The notes below the pieces were generated by a model. It did not search any database. It saw nothing but the letters and a program-made list of their open reading frames with translations, and was not told the DNA's origin. The position numbers were made by a program, and so were the translations under genes. A stretch of 64,000 nt of DNA from an uncultured Lactobacillus sp. (lineage in GTDB: Bacteria > Bacillota > Bacilli > Lactobacillales > Lactobacillaceae), in the NCBI GenBank assembly GCA_946482465.1, contig CAMLRL010000004.1, forward strand, positions 17,441 through 81,440, given 5' to 3'. This document shows positions 9,229 through 18,632 of the stretch, one piece after another (within the stretch, counting starts at the first letter, position 1; each line of letters starts with the position of its first letter).

Positions 9229-10040
9229 AAGTAACAGATTTAACATTAACTAACTTTAACAACAGGGCATTTAACGTGCACACATACACTTTGGATTCGA
9301 TTGGAGATTTAGTAACCGCTAAACATCCGCTCGCAATTGTTATTCCTGGTGGTAGTTTTGATCATTTATCCTTGCGCGAAGGGGAGCCGGTTGCATTAGC
9401 TTTTAATAATTGCGGCTTTAATAGTGTAGTGATGGAATATAATCTGGTTCAAGATGAGGGCGATATATACCCTGATGCAGGACTTGACGTTTTAAGCACG
9501 GTTAAATACTTCCGTGATCACGCTGCTGAATATGAAATTGATCCGGAAAGAATTGTTACAGTTGGCTTTTCGGCCGGTGGACACGTTGCTAGTTTGGCTA
9601 ATAGCATGGCCAATTCATCGGAATACCAAAAAGAATTTAATTTTACCAGTAAAGCGGTATTGCCAAATAAGACTATTCTAGGCTACCCACTAATTAACCT
9701 AGCTAAAATTGGCTTTGATATTCCAGAAGATGAATTGGACAAGGTGCCTGCTGATGATTTCGTTAAAAATAGTGCATTAGGTGTAACCGCTGAAACACCA
9801 GCAACCTTTATTTTCCATGCGTGGGATGATCCAATTGTACTCGTCAACAATACTTTGGAATACCTTGAAGCTTTACGTGAACATAATGTTCCGTGTGAAG
9901 CGCATTTATTTAATCGTGGTGGTCACGGCTTTTCACTTGCTCGAACTGATATGGTAGTTAAGGGAAGAGAATGGCAAGATAATCCACATGCTGGTCACTG
10001 GTTCGAACTAGCACAAGAATGGTTAAAGAGTGAATGGTAA
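9225..10040 (+). CDS. Alpha/beta hydrolase (acetyl esterase/lipase-like)
   Basis: PGGSF oxyanion loop, GFSAGG nucleophile elbow, DD..V and GGHGF catalytic Asp/His. Confidence 0.9.
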   Translation: MKVTDLTLTNFNNRAFNVHTYTLDSIGDLVTAKHPLAIVIPGGSFDHLSLREGEPVALAFNNCGFNSVVMEYNLVQDEGDIYPDAGLDVLSTVKYFRDHAAEYEIDPERIVTVGFSAGGHVASLANSMANSSEYQKEFNFTSKAVLPNKTILGYPLINLAKIGFDIPEDELDKVPADDFVKNSALGVTAETPATFIFHAWDDPIVLVNNTLEYLEALREHNVPCEAHLFNRGGHGFSLARTDMVVKGREWQDNPHAGHWFELAQEWLKSEW

Positions 10041-10214
10041 AAAAAGAAGTGGAGATTAGCTTCTTTTTTTATTAACTTGGAAAGTTAAATTGATAAACAA
10101 GAATAGACTTGAAAAGTGCCTAAAGAATGGACTATTTTAGCTGAAGAGTATTGCATTTATTTACTGAGGGTATATAATGGCACATATTTGAATCAAAAGA
10201 AAGGACATGATTTT

Positions 10215-10481
10215 TTGAAGTTAACGAAAATAAAAGTTTTGACAGCAATTAATGGCGTACTAACTTTGAGCAGTCTAATCATGTTATTCTTTGGATTGTG
10301 CAATCAAGTTAATGAGTCAGACGCCTTTTTAAAAGATGAGCAAACAATTGCTTTGAACAGTAATAATGGTTTGTTTATCTTGACTGCAATTATTGCGCTG
10401 ATGGTTTTTGGCTTTGCCTTCTTTGCCAACTGGCTTAAGGCAGAACCAGCTAAGGCTCATTTATTACGACACAGAGCTTAA
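10215..10481 (+). CDS. Small two-TM hypothetical membrane protein
   Basis: Promoter TTGCAT(10151)-16-TATAAT(10173) lies inside the track ORF, so the start is more likely TTG 10215 after RBS AAGGA. Confidence 0.6.
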   Translation: MKLTKIKVLTAINGVLTLSSLIMLFFGLCNQVNESDAFLKDEQTIALNSNNGLFILTAIIALMVFGFAFFANWLKAEPAKAHLLRHRA

Positions 10482-10552
10482 AAAGCAAAAAAGCTGTTCT
10501 CAATTGATGGGGGGACAGCTTTTTATTTTCTATTTTTTAAGGGAGAAGAATA

Positions 10553-11083
10553 TTGCAGACAGTTGAAAACAGCGTATACGATCCATTTTTACCCACCTTA
10601 TTACTATCAATGCATGAAGAATACGTAAACGAAATTTTAATCGGTCAAAAGGTGATTGAGTACCGTAAACGCTTCTTTAAGGACAGCTTCCAGGCCTTTG
10701 TGTACACAACTGGTAAAAATGGTGGCATTGAATTGTTTATTAAATGTCCCTCATTAATTCAAAATGATGCGAATACCTTGGCTAAAATTGGCCAGTTGAT
10801 TCAACACGACCAATATGAAGAAATATATGATTATTTTATGCCGAAAAATGATGGCTGCATTATTCCGATTCTCAATTATTGCGCAGTGAAAAAGGTCACT
10901 CTGGAGCAGTTACGTAGTGTCATGCCTGAAATCACTATACCGCAAAGCTACTTGTTTCTTGATCGCCCTGATAAGCAGAAATTGCTAGCGTATTTGCTAA
11001 AGCAGGAATGTGGCACACAAAAAGAAAACCAGTGGGAAAAATATTTTGCCGAAATCGAGCAAATGCTCAAAACAAATAAATAG
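10553..11083 (+). CDS. ASCH/PUA-like domain protein
   Basis: LLSMHEEYVNEILIGQKVIEYRK (S...I..G.K..E.R ASCH signature), FVYTT, C-terminal PQSYLFL. Confidence 0.7.
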   Translation: MQTVENSVYDPFLPTLLLSMHEEYVNEILIGQKVIEYRKRFFKDSFQAFVYTTGKNGGIELFIKCPSLIQNDANTLAKIGQLIQHDQYEEIYDYFMPKNDGCIIPILNYCAVKKVTLEQLRSVMPEITIPQSYLFLDRPDKQKLLAYLLKQECGTQKENQWEKYFAEIEQMLKTNK

Positions 11084-11136
11084 TAAATAAAAAAGCCTAA
11101 CAAATTGTTAGACTTTTTATTTTTGGGAAACGAATT

Positions 11137-11502
11137 TTAATACCAGTGATGAGCTAACCAGAAGTTCTTGGCGTTAACCCATGAACCGTAACGACCATAT
11201 ACGTAGTTATCAGCAACACGTTCTTGATTCTTTGGTGATAAATTACCTTTTAAGTAGTTGATATTTAATTGATATTTACCGTAACAAACACCATTTCTAG
11301 CATAGTAGTTACCACCAGATTCACGCATTGCAATCCAGTTTTTTGCAGCACGTTCAGCACCTGACAGCTTTTTGGCAGCTTGAACCGTTTGAACACCAGA
11401 GTGATCAGTAGTTACTTGTGCAATTGTAGTAAAGCCAAACGATAAGGCTAACGCGGCGACTAACTTTAAAATGATACTTTTACTTTTTTTCAATTTCTTC
11501 AT
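11137..11502 (-). CDS. Aggregation-promoting factor (Apf)-like secreted protein, lysozyme-like domain only
   Basis: Signal peptide (VQA-A); AKNWIAMRESGGNY.ARNG..YGKYQL and NQERVADNYV..RYGSW..AK.FW..HHWY match the Apf C-terminal domain. Confidence 0.88.
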   Translation of the reverse strand: MKKLKKSKSIILKLVAALALSFGFTTIAQVTTDHSGVQTVQAAKKLSGAERAAKNWIAMRESGGNYYARNGVCYGKYQLNINYLKGNLSPKNQERVADNYVYGRYGSWVNAKNFWLAHHWY

Positions 11503-11660
11503 TCCCTATTCAAACTTGATTTATTGATACTGATAATACTACACAAGCAATATTTCATTGTTGTTACAAAACAGACACGCAAACCTTACAAACGAGTTTT
11601 AATGTCATTTCCGAATAGTTTTGGTAAAATTTGTTATATTGCTATATTAGGAGGCAGACA

Positions 11661-14198
11661 ATGACAGTAAAACATTTTTATGAAACTTTCCATCCCGGGC
11701 ATTATGATCTCTATATTGAGGTAAACCGGGAACAGAAAACCATTAAAGGTACTACTACAATTACTGGTGAGGCCATCGAGGATTCAATCATGGTCAACCA
11801 AAAATACCTGACGATTGCTTCAGTGACTAGTGAAGGCCAAGAGGTTCCTTTTACAGTCGACGATGAAAAAGAAGCAATTAAAATAGATTTGGGCAAGACC
11901 GGTAAGACAGAAGTTGAAATTAAGTATTCTGCTCCATTAACTGATACCATGATGGGTATTTATCCGTCATATTACACAGTAGATGGGGTTAAGAAGCAGA
12001 TAATTGGTACACAATTTGAAACAACCTCTGCTCGTCAAGCTTTTCCATGTGTTGATGAACCAGAAGCTAAGGCTACTTTTTCTTTAGCACTGAAATATGA
12101 TGAACATGAAGGCGAAACAACTATTGCTAACATGCCTGAAATTAAAGTTGAAGACGGTGTACACTACTTTGAAAAAACCGTTAGAATGTCCAGCTATCTA
12201 ATTGCTTTTGCATTTGGTGAATTGCAATCTAAGATGACTGAAACCAAAGATGGTGTAAAAGTTGGTGTCTTTGCAACAAAGGCACACCAAGCAAAAGAAC
12301 TAGACTTTGCTTTAGACATTGCTAAGCGAGCAATTGAATTTTATGAAGAATTCTATCAAACTAAGTATCCATTACCACATTCTTGGCAACTTGCATTGCC
12401 AGACTTTTCAGCTGGTGCGATGGAAAACTGGGGTCTAATTACTTACCGTGAGGCAGCAATTTTACTTGATCCAGATAATGCAACGGCTGACCAAAAAGCG
12501 TATGTTGCAACTGTAATTGCTCACGAACTGGCTCACCAATGGTTTGGTGACTTGGTTACAATGAAGTGGTGGGATGACCTGTGGCTTAATGAAAGTTTTG
12601 CCAACATGATGGAATACGTTTCAGTTGATGCACTTGAACCTGAGTGGCATGTCTGGGATAACACATACCAAGTTTCTGAAGTTCCGGCCGCTTTAAATCG
12701 TGATGCAACTGATGGTGTTCAATCAGTTCACGTTGAAGTAGAACATCCAGCTGATATTGATTCGATTTTCGACAGTGCGATTGTTTATGCTAAGGGCTCA
12801 AGGATGCTTGTAATGGTAAGAGCATTGCTTGGCGATGATGCCTTACGTAAAGGCCTCAAATATTATTTCGACCAACACAAGTTTGGCAATGCAACTGGTG
12901 ATGACCTTTGGGATGCCTTATCAACTGCAACTGATTTGGACATTGGCAAAATTATGCATACTTGGTTAGATCAACCTGGTTACCCTGTAGTTAGTGCTAA
13001 AGTTGACGCAAATGGTCATTTGATCTTAACACAGAAGCAGTTCTTTGCTGGTGAAGGTAAGGAAGTTGGCCGCAAGTGGGCAATTCCGCTAAATGCAAAC
13101 TTTGTCGCACCACAGATTATGTCTGATAGAGAACTCGATCTCGGTGATTATAGTGACTTACGTGCAAAAGCAGGCCATGCACTACGTCTTAATGTAGGTA
13201 ATAGCTCACACTTCATCGTTAACTACGATGAAACGCTGATGGCTGATATTATTGCTGAAGTTGACGACTTAAAGCCTGTTGATCAATTACAATTACTGCA
13301 AGATTTGGGTCTTTTAGCTCAAGGCAACCAGATTTCATATGCAGAAATCGTGCCATTGTTACCAAAATTTGCTGACTCTGATTCTAACATCGTAATTGGT
13401 GCTTTATTCAGTGCTGTGGCTAGCTTACGTAAGTTTGTCACACCAGATTCTGATGAAGAAAAGAACTTAAAGCAATTTACTGATCAACTTTCAAGTAAAC
13501 AAGTAGAACGTCTTGGCTGGGAAGCTAAAGAAACAGATACTGCTGATGAACTACAAATTCGTCCAACTGAATTATCAGCTGCTTTATATGCTGGCAACCC
13601 AGCTGTGATAAAAGCAGGTCACCAAATTTTTGTCCAAAACGAGGCAGACTTAATTAAGATTGAAGCTTCAGTTCGACCATATGTTTTGATTAATGAAGCT
13701 AAAAACTACCACAGTTCAGAGCTTATTGAACGCCTAGTTAAAGAGTATCAAACTGCAGTTGATCCATACTTTAAGCAAGACCTTATGGCAGCCATAACTT
13801 CAACTCAGGACAAAGAAGACCTTAAGCAAATTGTTGATAACTTTGAAAACAATGACATTATCAAACCACAAGATTTGCGCTCATGGTACTTCTCAGTTCT
13901 TTCTAACAAGCAAGGTGAGCAACTAGCTTGGGATTGGATTCGTGCTGAATGGGCCTGGCTTGAAAAGACTATCGGTGGCGATATGGAATTTACCAGTTTC
14001 ATAACTGTTACGGCAAAAGCATTCCATACCCCAGCTCGTTTAGAGGAATTCACTACTTTCTTTGAACCAAAAATTGATCAACCTGGTTTAGGTCGAGAGA
14101 TTCAAATGGATACTAAGGTTATTGCTACTAAGGCTGACTTAGTAACTAAAGAACAGGCAGTTGTTAACCAGAAGATTAAGGAAGCTATTACTAAATAG
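11661..14198 (+). CDS. pepN: Aminopeptidase N (M1 family)
   Basis: GAMEN, HELAH...E zinc motif, TQFE..ARQAFPC; RBS GGAGG before ATG 11661. Confidence 0.97.
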   Translation: MTVKHFYETFHPGHYDLYIEVNREQKTIKGTTTITGEAIEDSIMVNQKYLTIASVTSEGQEVPFTVDDEKEAIKIDLGKTGKTEVEIKYSAPLTDTMMGIYPSYYTVDGVKKQIIGTQFETTSARQAFPCVDEPEAKATFSLALKYDEHEGETTIANMPEIKVEDGVHYFEKTVRMSSYLIAFAFGELQSKMTETKDGVKVGVFATKAHQAKELDFALDIAKRAIEFYEEFYQTKYPLPHSWQLALPDFSAGAMENWGLITYREAAILLDPDNATADQKAYVATVIAHELAHQWFGDLVTMKWWDDLWLNESFANMMEYVSVDALEPEWHVWDNTYQVSEVPAALNRDATDGVQSVHVEVEHPADIDSIFDSAIVYAKGSRMLVMVRALLGDDALRKGLKYYFDQHKFGNATGDDLWDALSTATDLDIGKIMHTWLDQPGYPVVSAKVDANGHLILTQKQFFAGEGKEVGRKWAIPLNANFVAPQIMSDRELDLGDYSDLRAKAGHALRLNVGNSSHFIVNYDETLMADIIAEVDDLKPVDQLQLLQDLGLLAQGNQISYAEIVPLLPKFADSDSNIVIGALFSAVASLRKFVTPDSDEEKNLKQFTDQLSSKQVERLGWEAKETDTADELQIRPTELSAALYAGNPAVIKAGHQIFVQNEADLIKIEASVRPYVLINEAKNYHSSELIERLVKEYQTAVDPYFKQDLMAAITSTQDKEDLKQIVDNFENNDIIKPQDLRSWYFSVLSNKQGEQLAWDWIRAEWAWLEKTIGGDMEFTSFITVTAKAFHTPARLEEFTTFFEPKIDQPGLGREIQMDTKVIATKADLVTKEQAVVNQKIKEAITK

Positions 14199-14259
14199 TT
14201 TCCTTAAAAATATTGGCGATCGCGTCATGATTTTTAGATAAAAGAAAAGCAATGCTAAA

Positions 14260-14302
14260 TAAAGTGGCCCCCAAATTTGTCCTAAATTTGGGGGCCACTT
14301 TA
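14260..14302. repeat. Perfect 19-bp inverted repeat with 5-nt loop, probably a bidirectional terminator
   Basis: TAAAGTGGCCCCCAAATTT-GTCCT-AAATTTGGGGGCCACTTTA. Confidence 0.85.
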
Positions 14303-14333
14303 CTTTACTGCCTTTTTTAATGAATTAATGAAA

Positions 14334-14759
14334 TTAGCCGTAATATTGATCATGGTCTAAAGCAGTTTCGTCAAAATTAACTATCACAAATTCATAGTTT
14401 GAAAAACACTCCATCCAATTGTTAAAATAGTCGTTCTCTTCTTTTAGCGACTTACTGCTTTCTTCTCCTTCTATTATAAAAGGCTTTGAACATATATTAA
14501 AATTTGCATGTATTGCACCCAGCAAATTCAATAAAAGCAAGAAATCTTTTGCTGAATCCACACTTACATGAAAAGATTTAAACGAATTATTATTTTCGCC
14601 AAGATATCTTTTTGCTCTATTATACTCATCAACAGATTCTGCCTTATAATTTTCAATGCTATTTACATTCTCTTCAATAATAGCTGTCGGAGCTTGTTTT
14701 TCAAAAAAATCTAGTATCTTTCTTAATTTGAAAAATTGTTCATCATTCATTTTTATCAT
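14334..14759 (-). CDS. Hypothetical protein, AT-rich orphan
   Basis: 141-codon ORF, visibly more AT-rich than its neighbours; no family recognised. Confidence 0.55.
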   Translation of the reverse strand: MIKMNDEQFFKLRKILDFFEKQAPTAIIEENVNSIENYKAESVDEYNRAKRYLGENNNSFKSFHVSVDSAKDFLLLLNLLGAIHANFNICSKPFIIEGEESSKSLKEENDYFNNWMECFSNYEFVIVNFDETALDHDQYYG

Positions 14760-14868
14760 TCCTGTTTAAAAGGCGGTGCTTGGAAACATTATATCTCCTA
14801 TGAAGCAATCAATTTTACCGCTTAAAGTGGCACAGCCATGTCATCCACGAGGGCAGTTTGGTATAGCT

Positions 14869-16080
14869 CTAATCATAAACAATTACTGGCTCATGTTTAG
14901 TTACGTTACGCCAAACTTTTTTCGCTTCAGCTGGTTTAATGTTAACGCAACCGTGTGAACCACCACGGAGGTAGGCGGTTTTAGTCCAATCACCACGCCA
15001 GCTTGCGTCGTGCAGGCCACAACCACTTAAGGTAAATGGCATCCAATATTTAACTGGTGAGGCATATTTTGAACCATCGCTGTTACGTCCGCGAAGAACA
15101 GATGGAGATTCTTTATAGTGAATGTACCAAACGCCAGTAGGAGTTCTGTTGCCTTTACCGCCATTTTCGGTTCCTGTAACCACATCGTTTAGATAAACAA
15201 CCAATTTTCCCTTTTTGACGATCCAAAGTGCCTGCTTTTTCAAGGAAACAACAATATAGTCGTCACCAATGCCATGATTATTTTGACCATAACCGAGGCC
15301 GTAAGTACTGTAACCTAGACCGTAAAGATAGTTTTTACCATCTAATTTGGTTTTACCAGTTAAGAATGCTTGTTCAATTGCTGCTTGTGCTTTTTTAACG
15401 TTAACACCCCAGCCATAACTTTCGTTTTTAACGGTAATTTCCTTGCCATTCAATTTTTTCTTGACCGGAACAGTGAATTTATAACTTTTGTGCAAAGTTG
15501 TAACTTCCTGATCAATCTGGTTAAGCTTGGCGGTTAAGTTTTCGGAGTTAATGAAGTTAAACTTGCCTTGTTTGAAAGTAACTTCGTTAAGCAAGTCGCG
15601 GGCCTGCAATTTGTATGACTTGCCAGCGAGTTGATAATTCAATTTTGCTTGACTAACATTTTTAAGCGCATCATTAGCTGCTGCAAGATCTGTGTATTTG
15701 TAGTCAAAAATTCGCTTATCAGGCATTGTCGTGTGCTGTTTATCGAAATATTTTTTAACTTCTTCGCGCTGGATTGTTTTAAGCTTGGGATCGCGTTCAA
15801 TTGAAACCTTACCTTTTTCCAACACAACCATATTGTTAGCTTTTGCATTAACTTTATTCGTTGCTTTATCAACAGTTAGATTTCCCACTTTTACACCATA
15901 AATGGTTACATTAGGGTTAAAATGAGTAATAGCAAATTCTTTGGCGGCCTTTTGTGATTCAACGTGCCGATTATATAAAATAACACCAAAGACAACTGCT
16001 AAAATCATGAAGATGCCAACCATAATTAAATAAAAGTTGTTGCGATTGTTTTGTTTTTTTAAATCTTTTATAGATTGCAT
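14869..16080 (-). CDS. L,D-transpeptidase (YkuD domain), membrane-anchored
   Basis: N-terminal TM, TPTG.W.I, catalytic GLHDASW...GSHGCVN; ATG 16080 is preferred over 16161. Confidence 0.92.
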   Translation of the reverse strand: MQSIKDLKKQNNRNNFYLIMVGIFMILAVVFGVILYNRHVESQKAAKEFAITHFNPNVTIYGVKVGNLTVDKATNKVNAKANNMVVLEKGKVSIERDPKLKTIQREEVKKYFDKQHTTMPDKRIFDYKYTDLAAANDALKNVSQAKLNYQLAGKSYKLQARDLLNEVTFKQGKFNFINSENLTAKLNQIDQEVTTLHKSYKFTVPVKKKLNGKEITVKNESYGWGVNVKKAQAAIEQAFLTGKTKLDGKNYLYGLGYSTYGLGYGQNNHGIGDDYIVVSLKKQALWIVKKGKLVVYLNDVVTGTENGGKGNRTPTGVWYIHYKESPSVLRGRNSDGSKYASPVKYWMPFTLSGCGLHDASWRGDWTKTAYLRGGSHGCVNIKPAEAKKVWRNVTKHEPVIVYD

Positions 16081-16188
16081 AATTTTACCCACTATAAATA
16101 ACTTTTTATAAAATAATTGCGGTTCCAGTTTATCATCTATTGCGGCGCTAGTAAAATGCAATAGATAAGATGGAATTTTTTGGAGGAT

Positions 16189-16980
16189 ATGATGGATATT
16201 GACCCGTTAATTTTTGATGTAAATATTGCAAAAAATAAACCTAATTCATATCGTAAAGTAAAGAATAATTCGGGCTGTCCATTTTGTGAGGTTGACAGCC
16301 TAGAAAATATCTATCAAAAAAATGGTGACATGATCTGGTTGCGTAATAAGTATCCAACCTTACGTGATACGGTTCAAACTGTTCTAATTGAGTCGAGTGA
16401 TCATCATGGTGATATTGCGACCTATTCTAAAGCGTTCAATCGACAATTAATTCAGTTTTCCTCGAACTGCTTTAATAAGATGATGGTGCAAAAACGGTTC
16501 CAATCCGTTTTATGGTACAAGAACTTTGGCCCAAATTCAGGAGGCTCACTTGTGCACCCACACATGCAGATTATTGGAATTGAAAAGCAAGACGGCTATC
16601 GGTACATTAACGAAGCAAATTTTAAGGGTATAACACTCTTTGATGAAGCTGGAGTTGAGGTTAACGTTTCAACTGCTCCAATTCATGGCTATGTTGAATT
16701 AAATCTTAATTTATGTGATTTGTCTAGTGTTGACCTATGGGCAGACTGGATTCAAGCGGGAACCAAGTACATGTTAAATGTGGTGTCGAAGGGGCGTTGT
16801 GATTCCTATAATTTATTCTTTTATCCGCGTGAAGGAGGCAAAATTTGTGCTAAGCTAATTGCACGATTTGCTGCTTCACCTTATTTTGTGGGTTATAAGC
16901 TACCGCAGGTCGATAATCGTGAAAAATTGCTCCAAGAGGCCGAGCAATTTAGAGCCTTTTTTGAAGAAGAACAGGATTAG
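16189..16980 (+). CDS. GalT/HIT-like nucleotidyltransferase (DUF4931-type)
   Basis: CPFC, NKYP and KNFGPNSGGSLVHPHMQI motifs. Confidence 0.8.
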   Translation: MMDIDPLIFDVNIAKNKPNSYRKVKNNSGCPFCEVDSLENIYQKNGDMIWLRNKYPTLRDTVQTVLIESSDHHGDIATYSKAFNRQLIQFSSNCFNKMMVQKRFQSVLWYKNFGPNSGGSLVHPHMQIIGIEKQDGYRYINEANFKGITLFDEAGVEVNVSTAPIHGYVELNLNLCDLSSVDLWADWIQAGTKYMLNVVSKGRCDSYNLFFYPREGGKICAKLIARFAASPYFVGYKLPQVDNREKLLQEAEQFRAFFEEEQD

Positions 16981-17107
16981 GAAAAAGCATATAAGGACAG
17001 TTAGAGTTTAAACCTGTATTATCATGGTCTTAGCAACTAATATAATTGTTTGCGACTTAAAAAGTTTAGCAATATAATAGCAAAATGTTATTAAGGAGAA
17101 AACTTAC

Positions 17108-17722
17108 ATGAGACGAGAACAAACAAGAAACATGGCAATTACAGCTTTATTCATCGCACTTTTTTTACTTCAGACCTTTGTTCCTAACATTGGCTACATT
17201 CGTATCCTGCCTGGGTTACCTGCAATTACGACTGCGCCATTAACAGTTGCAATTTACGCCTTATTAATGGGTCCAATGGCTGGAGCGGTTTTTGGTTTGT
17301 TTTGGGGAATTTTACGATTAATCTTGGCGTTTACACAGCCAGGCGATATTGTCAGCTTGATGCTCTTTCAAAATGTTTTCATCGCAGTAATTCCAAGTGT
17401 GTGTGCTGGACTTTTTCCTGGTCTAATAGGCAAACTCTTTCAGAATAAGAAAAAGGGAATAAGAGAAACCGGCTATGCAACTGCAGGTGCGGTTACCTCT
17501 TTAACCAATACAGTCTTAGTCATATTATTAACCAGCCTTGCTTTTATGAATGATTCAGGGCGGCTAATTGGTTATATGGGCAATTTTGCCAAAGGAACGC
17601 CATTAATCGAGGCTTTGATTGTTGCCTTAGGGATGAACGGTTTGATTGAAGCAATTTTTACAGCAATAGTTACACCGATTATTGTGATACCACTAAAAAA
17701 AGTGATGAAGAGAATTGGCTAA
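17108..17722 (+). CDS. panT: ECF transporter S-component, PanT-like (pantothenate)
   Basis: TALFIAL..LQTFVPNIGYI, GP..GA..G..WG and NGLIEAIF pattern; about 6 TMs. Confidence 0.7.
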   Translation: MRREQTRNMAITALFIALFLLQTFVPNIGYIRILPGLPAITTAPLTVAIYALLMGPMAGAVFGLFWGILRLILAFTQPGDIVSLMLFQNVFIAVIPSVCAGLFPGLIGKLFQNKKKGIRETGYATAGAVTSLTNTVLVILLTSLAFMNDSGRLIGYMGNFAKGTPLIEALIVALGMNGLIEAIFTAIVTPIIVIPLKKVMKRIG

Positions 17723-17766
17723 AGCTTAATTTTATATACTAGAATTACAGCAAAACTTAGCTGATA

Positions 17767-17796
17767 AAAGCACTTACTTAAGTAAGTGCTTTTTTT
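17767..17796 (+). terminator. Intrinsic terminator
   Basis: AAAGCACTTACT-TA-AGTAAGTGCTTT followed by a T-tract. Confidence 0.8.
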
Positions 17797-17798
17797 GT

Positions 17799-17845
17799 TT
17801 GACAAAATTCCAAAACAGGATTAGTGTATTAGATATATAATACAC
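17799..17845 (+). promoter_or_regulatory. Promoter (-35 TTGACA) overlapped by palindromic operator GTGTATTA-N6-TAATACAC
   Basis: Perfect 8-bp arms at 17824-17831 and 17838-17845; resembles GntR/YtrA-type operators. Confidence 0.65.
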
Positions 17846-17871
17846 AGTGACTAACAGGAGGAAAAGGAAAC

Positions 17872-18621
17872 ATGACTGAAATACTACGTGTAGAGCAGGT
17901 AACTAAAACATATGGCAAGCGCGGCGAAAAGCAATATCAGGCACTAAAGGGTATTAACTTCACGGTTAATTCGGGCGAGTATGTGGCTATCATGGGTGCT
18001 TCAGGTTCAGGTAAAACGACCCTGCTTAACATTTTGTCAACGCTTGATAAGCCAACAAGTGGTCATGTTTTTATTAATCATGAAGATAATAGTACGTTAA
18101 ACGCCAATCAATTAGCCGATTTTAGAAGTAAGCAAATTGGCTTTATTTTTCAAGACTTTAATTTATTGGAAAACTTAACTAACCGCGAAAATATTGCTTT
18201 GCCGCTAAGTTTGCAAGGAATATCAACTAAGCGAATTGATCCGTTAATCGATCGAATTGCTGGACGACTTGGAATTGAGCAAATATTAGCCAAGTATCCG
18301 GCTGAGGTTTCAGGAGGGCAAAAGCAAAGGGTAGCAGCAGCCAGGGCTTTAGTTCATGAACCAGCAATTTTACTTGCAGATGAGCCAACCGGTGCGCTTG
18401 ATTCAAAGAGTGCACGTGAATTATTGGATACAATGGAAGATTTGAATCAAAACGATGGCATTACAACATTGATGGTTACTCATGATCCGTTTGCTGCTAG
18501 TTTTGCCAGTCGAATTCTCTTTATTAAAGACGGTAAGATTGGTAAGCAAATGTTGAAAAACGAGCTGTCGCGGCAAGAATTCTATCACTTATTGATTGAT
18601 CATTTAGACACCGATGAATAG
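17872..18621 (+). CDS. ABC transporter ATP-binding protein (BceA/LolD-like)
   Basis: GASGSGKT, SGGQKQR, LADEPTGALD, VTHD. Confidence 0.95.
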   Translation: MTEILRVEQVTKTYGKRGEKQYQALKGINFTVNSGEYVAIMGASGSGKTTLLNILSTLDKPTSGHVFINHEDNSTLNANQLADFRSKQIGFIFQDFNLLENLTNRENIALPLSLQGISTKRIDPLIDRIAGRLGIEQILAKYPAEVSGGQKQRVAAARALVHEPAILLADEPTGALDSKSARELLDTMEDLNQNDGITTLMVTHDPFAASFASRILFIKDGKIGKQMLKNELSRQEFYHLLIDHLDTDE

Positions 18622-18632
18622 AGGAAACGAAT

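Noticed and set aside
14776-14958. 60-aa + strand ORF
   Set aside because: Overlaps the L,D-transpeptidase antisense, has no RBS and no recognisable features.
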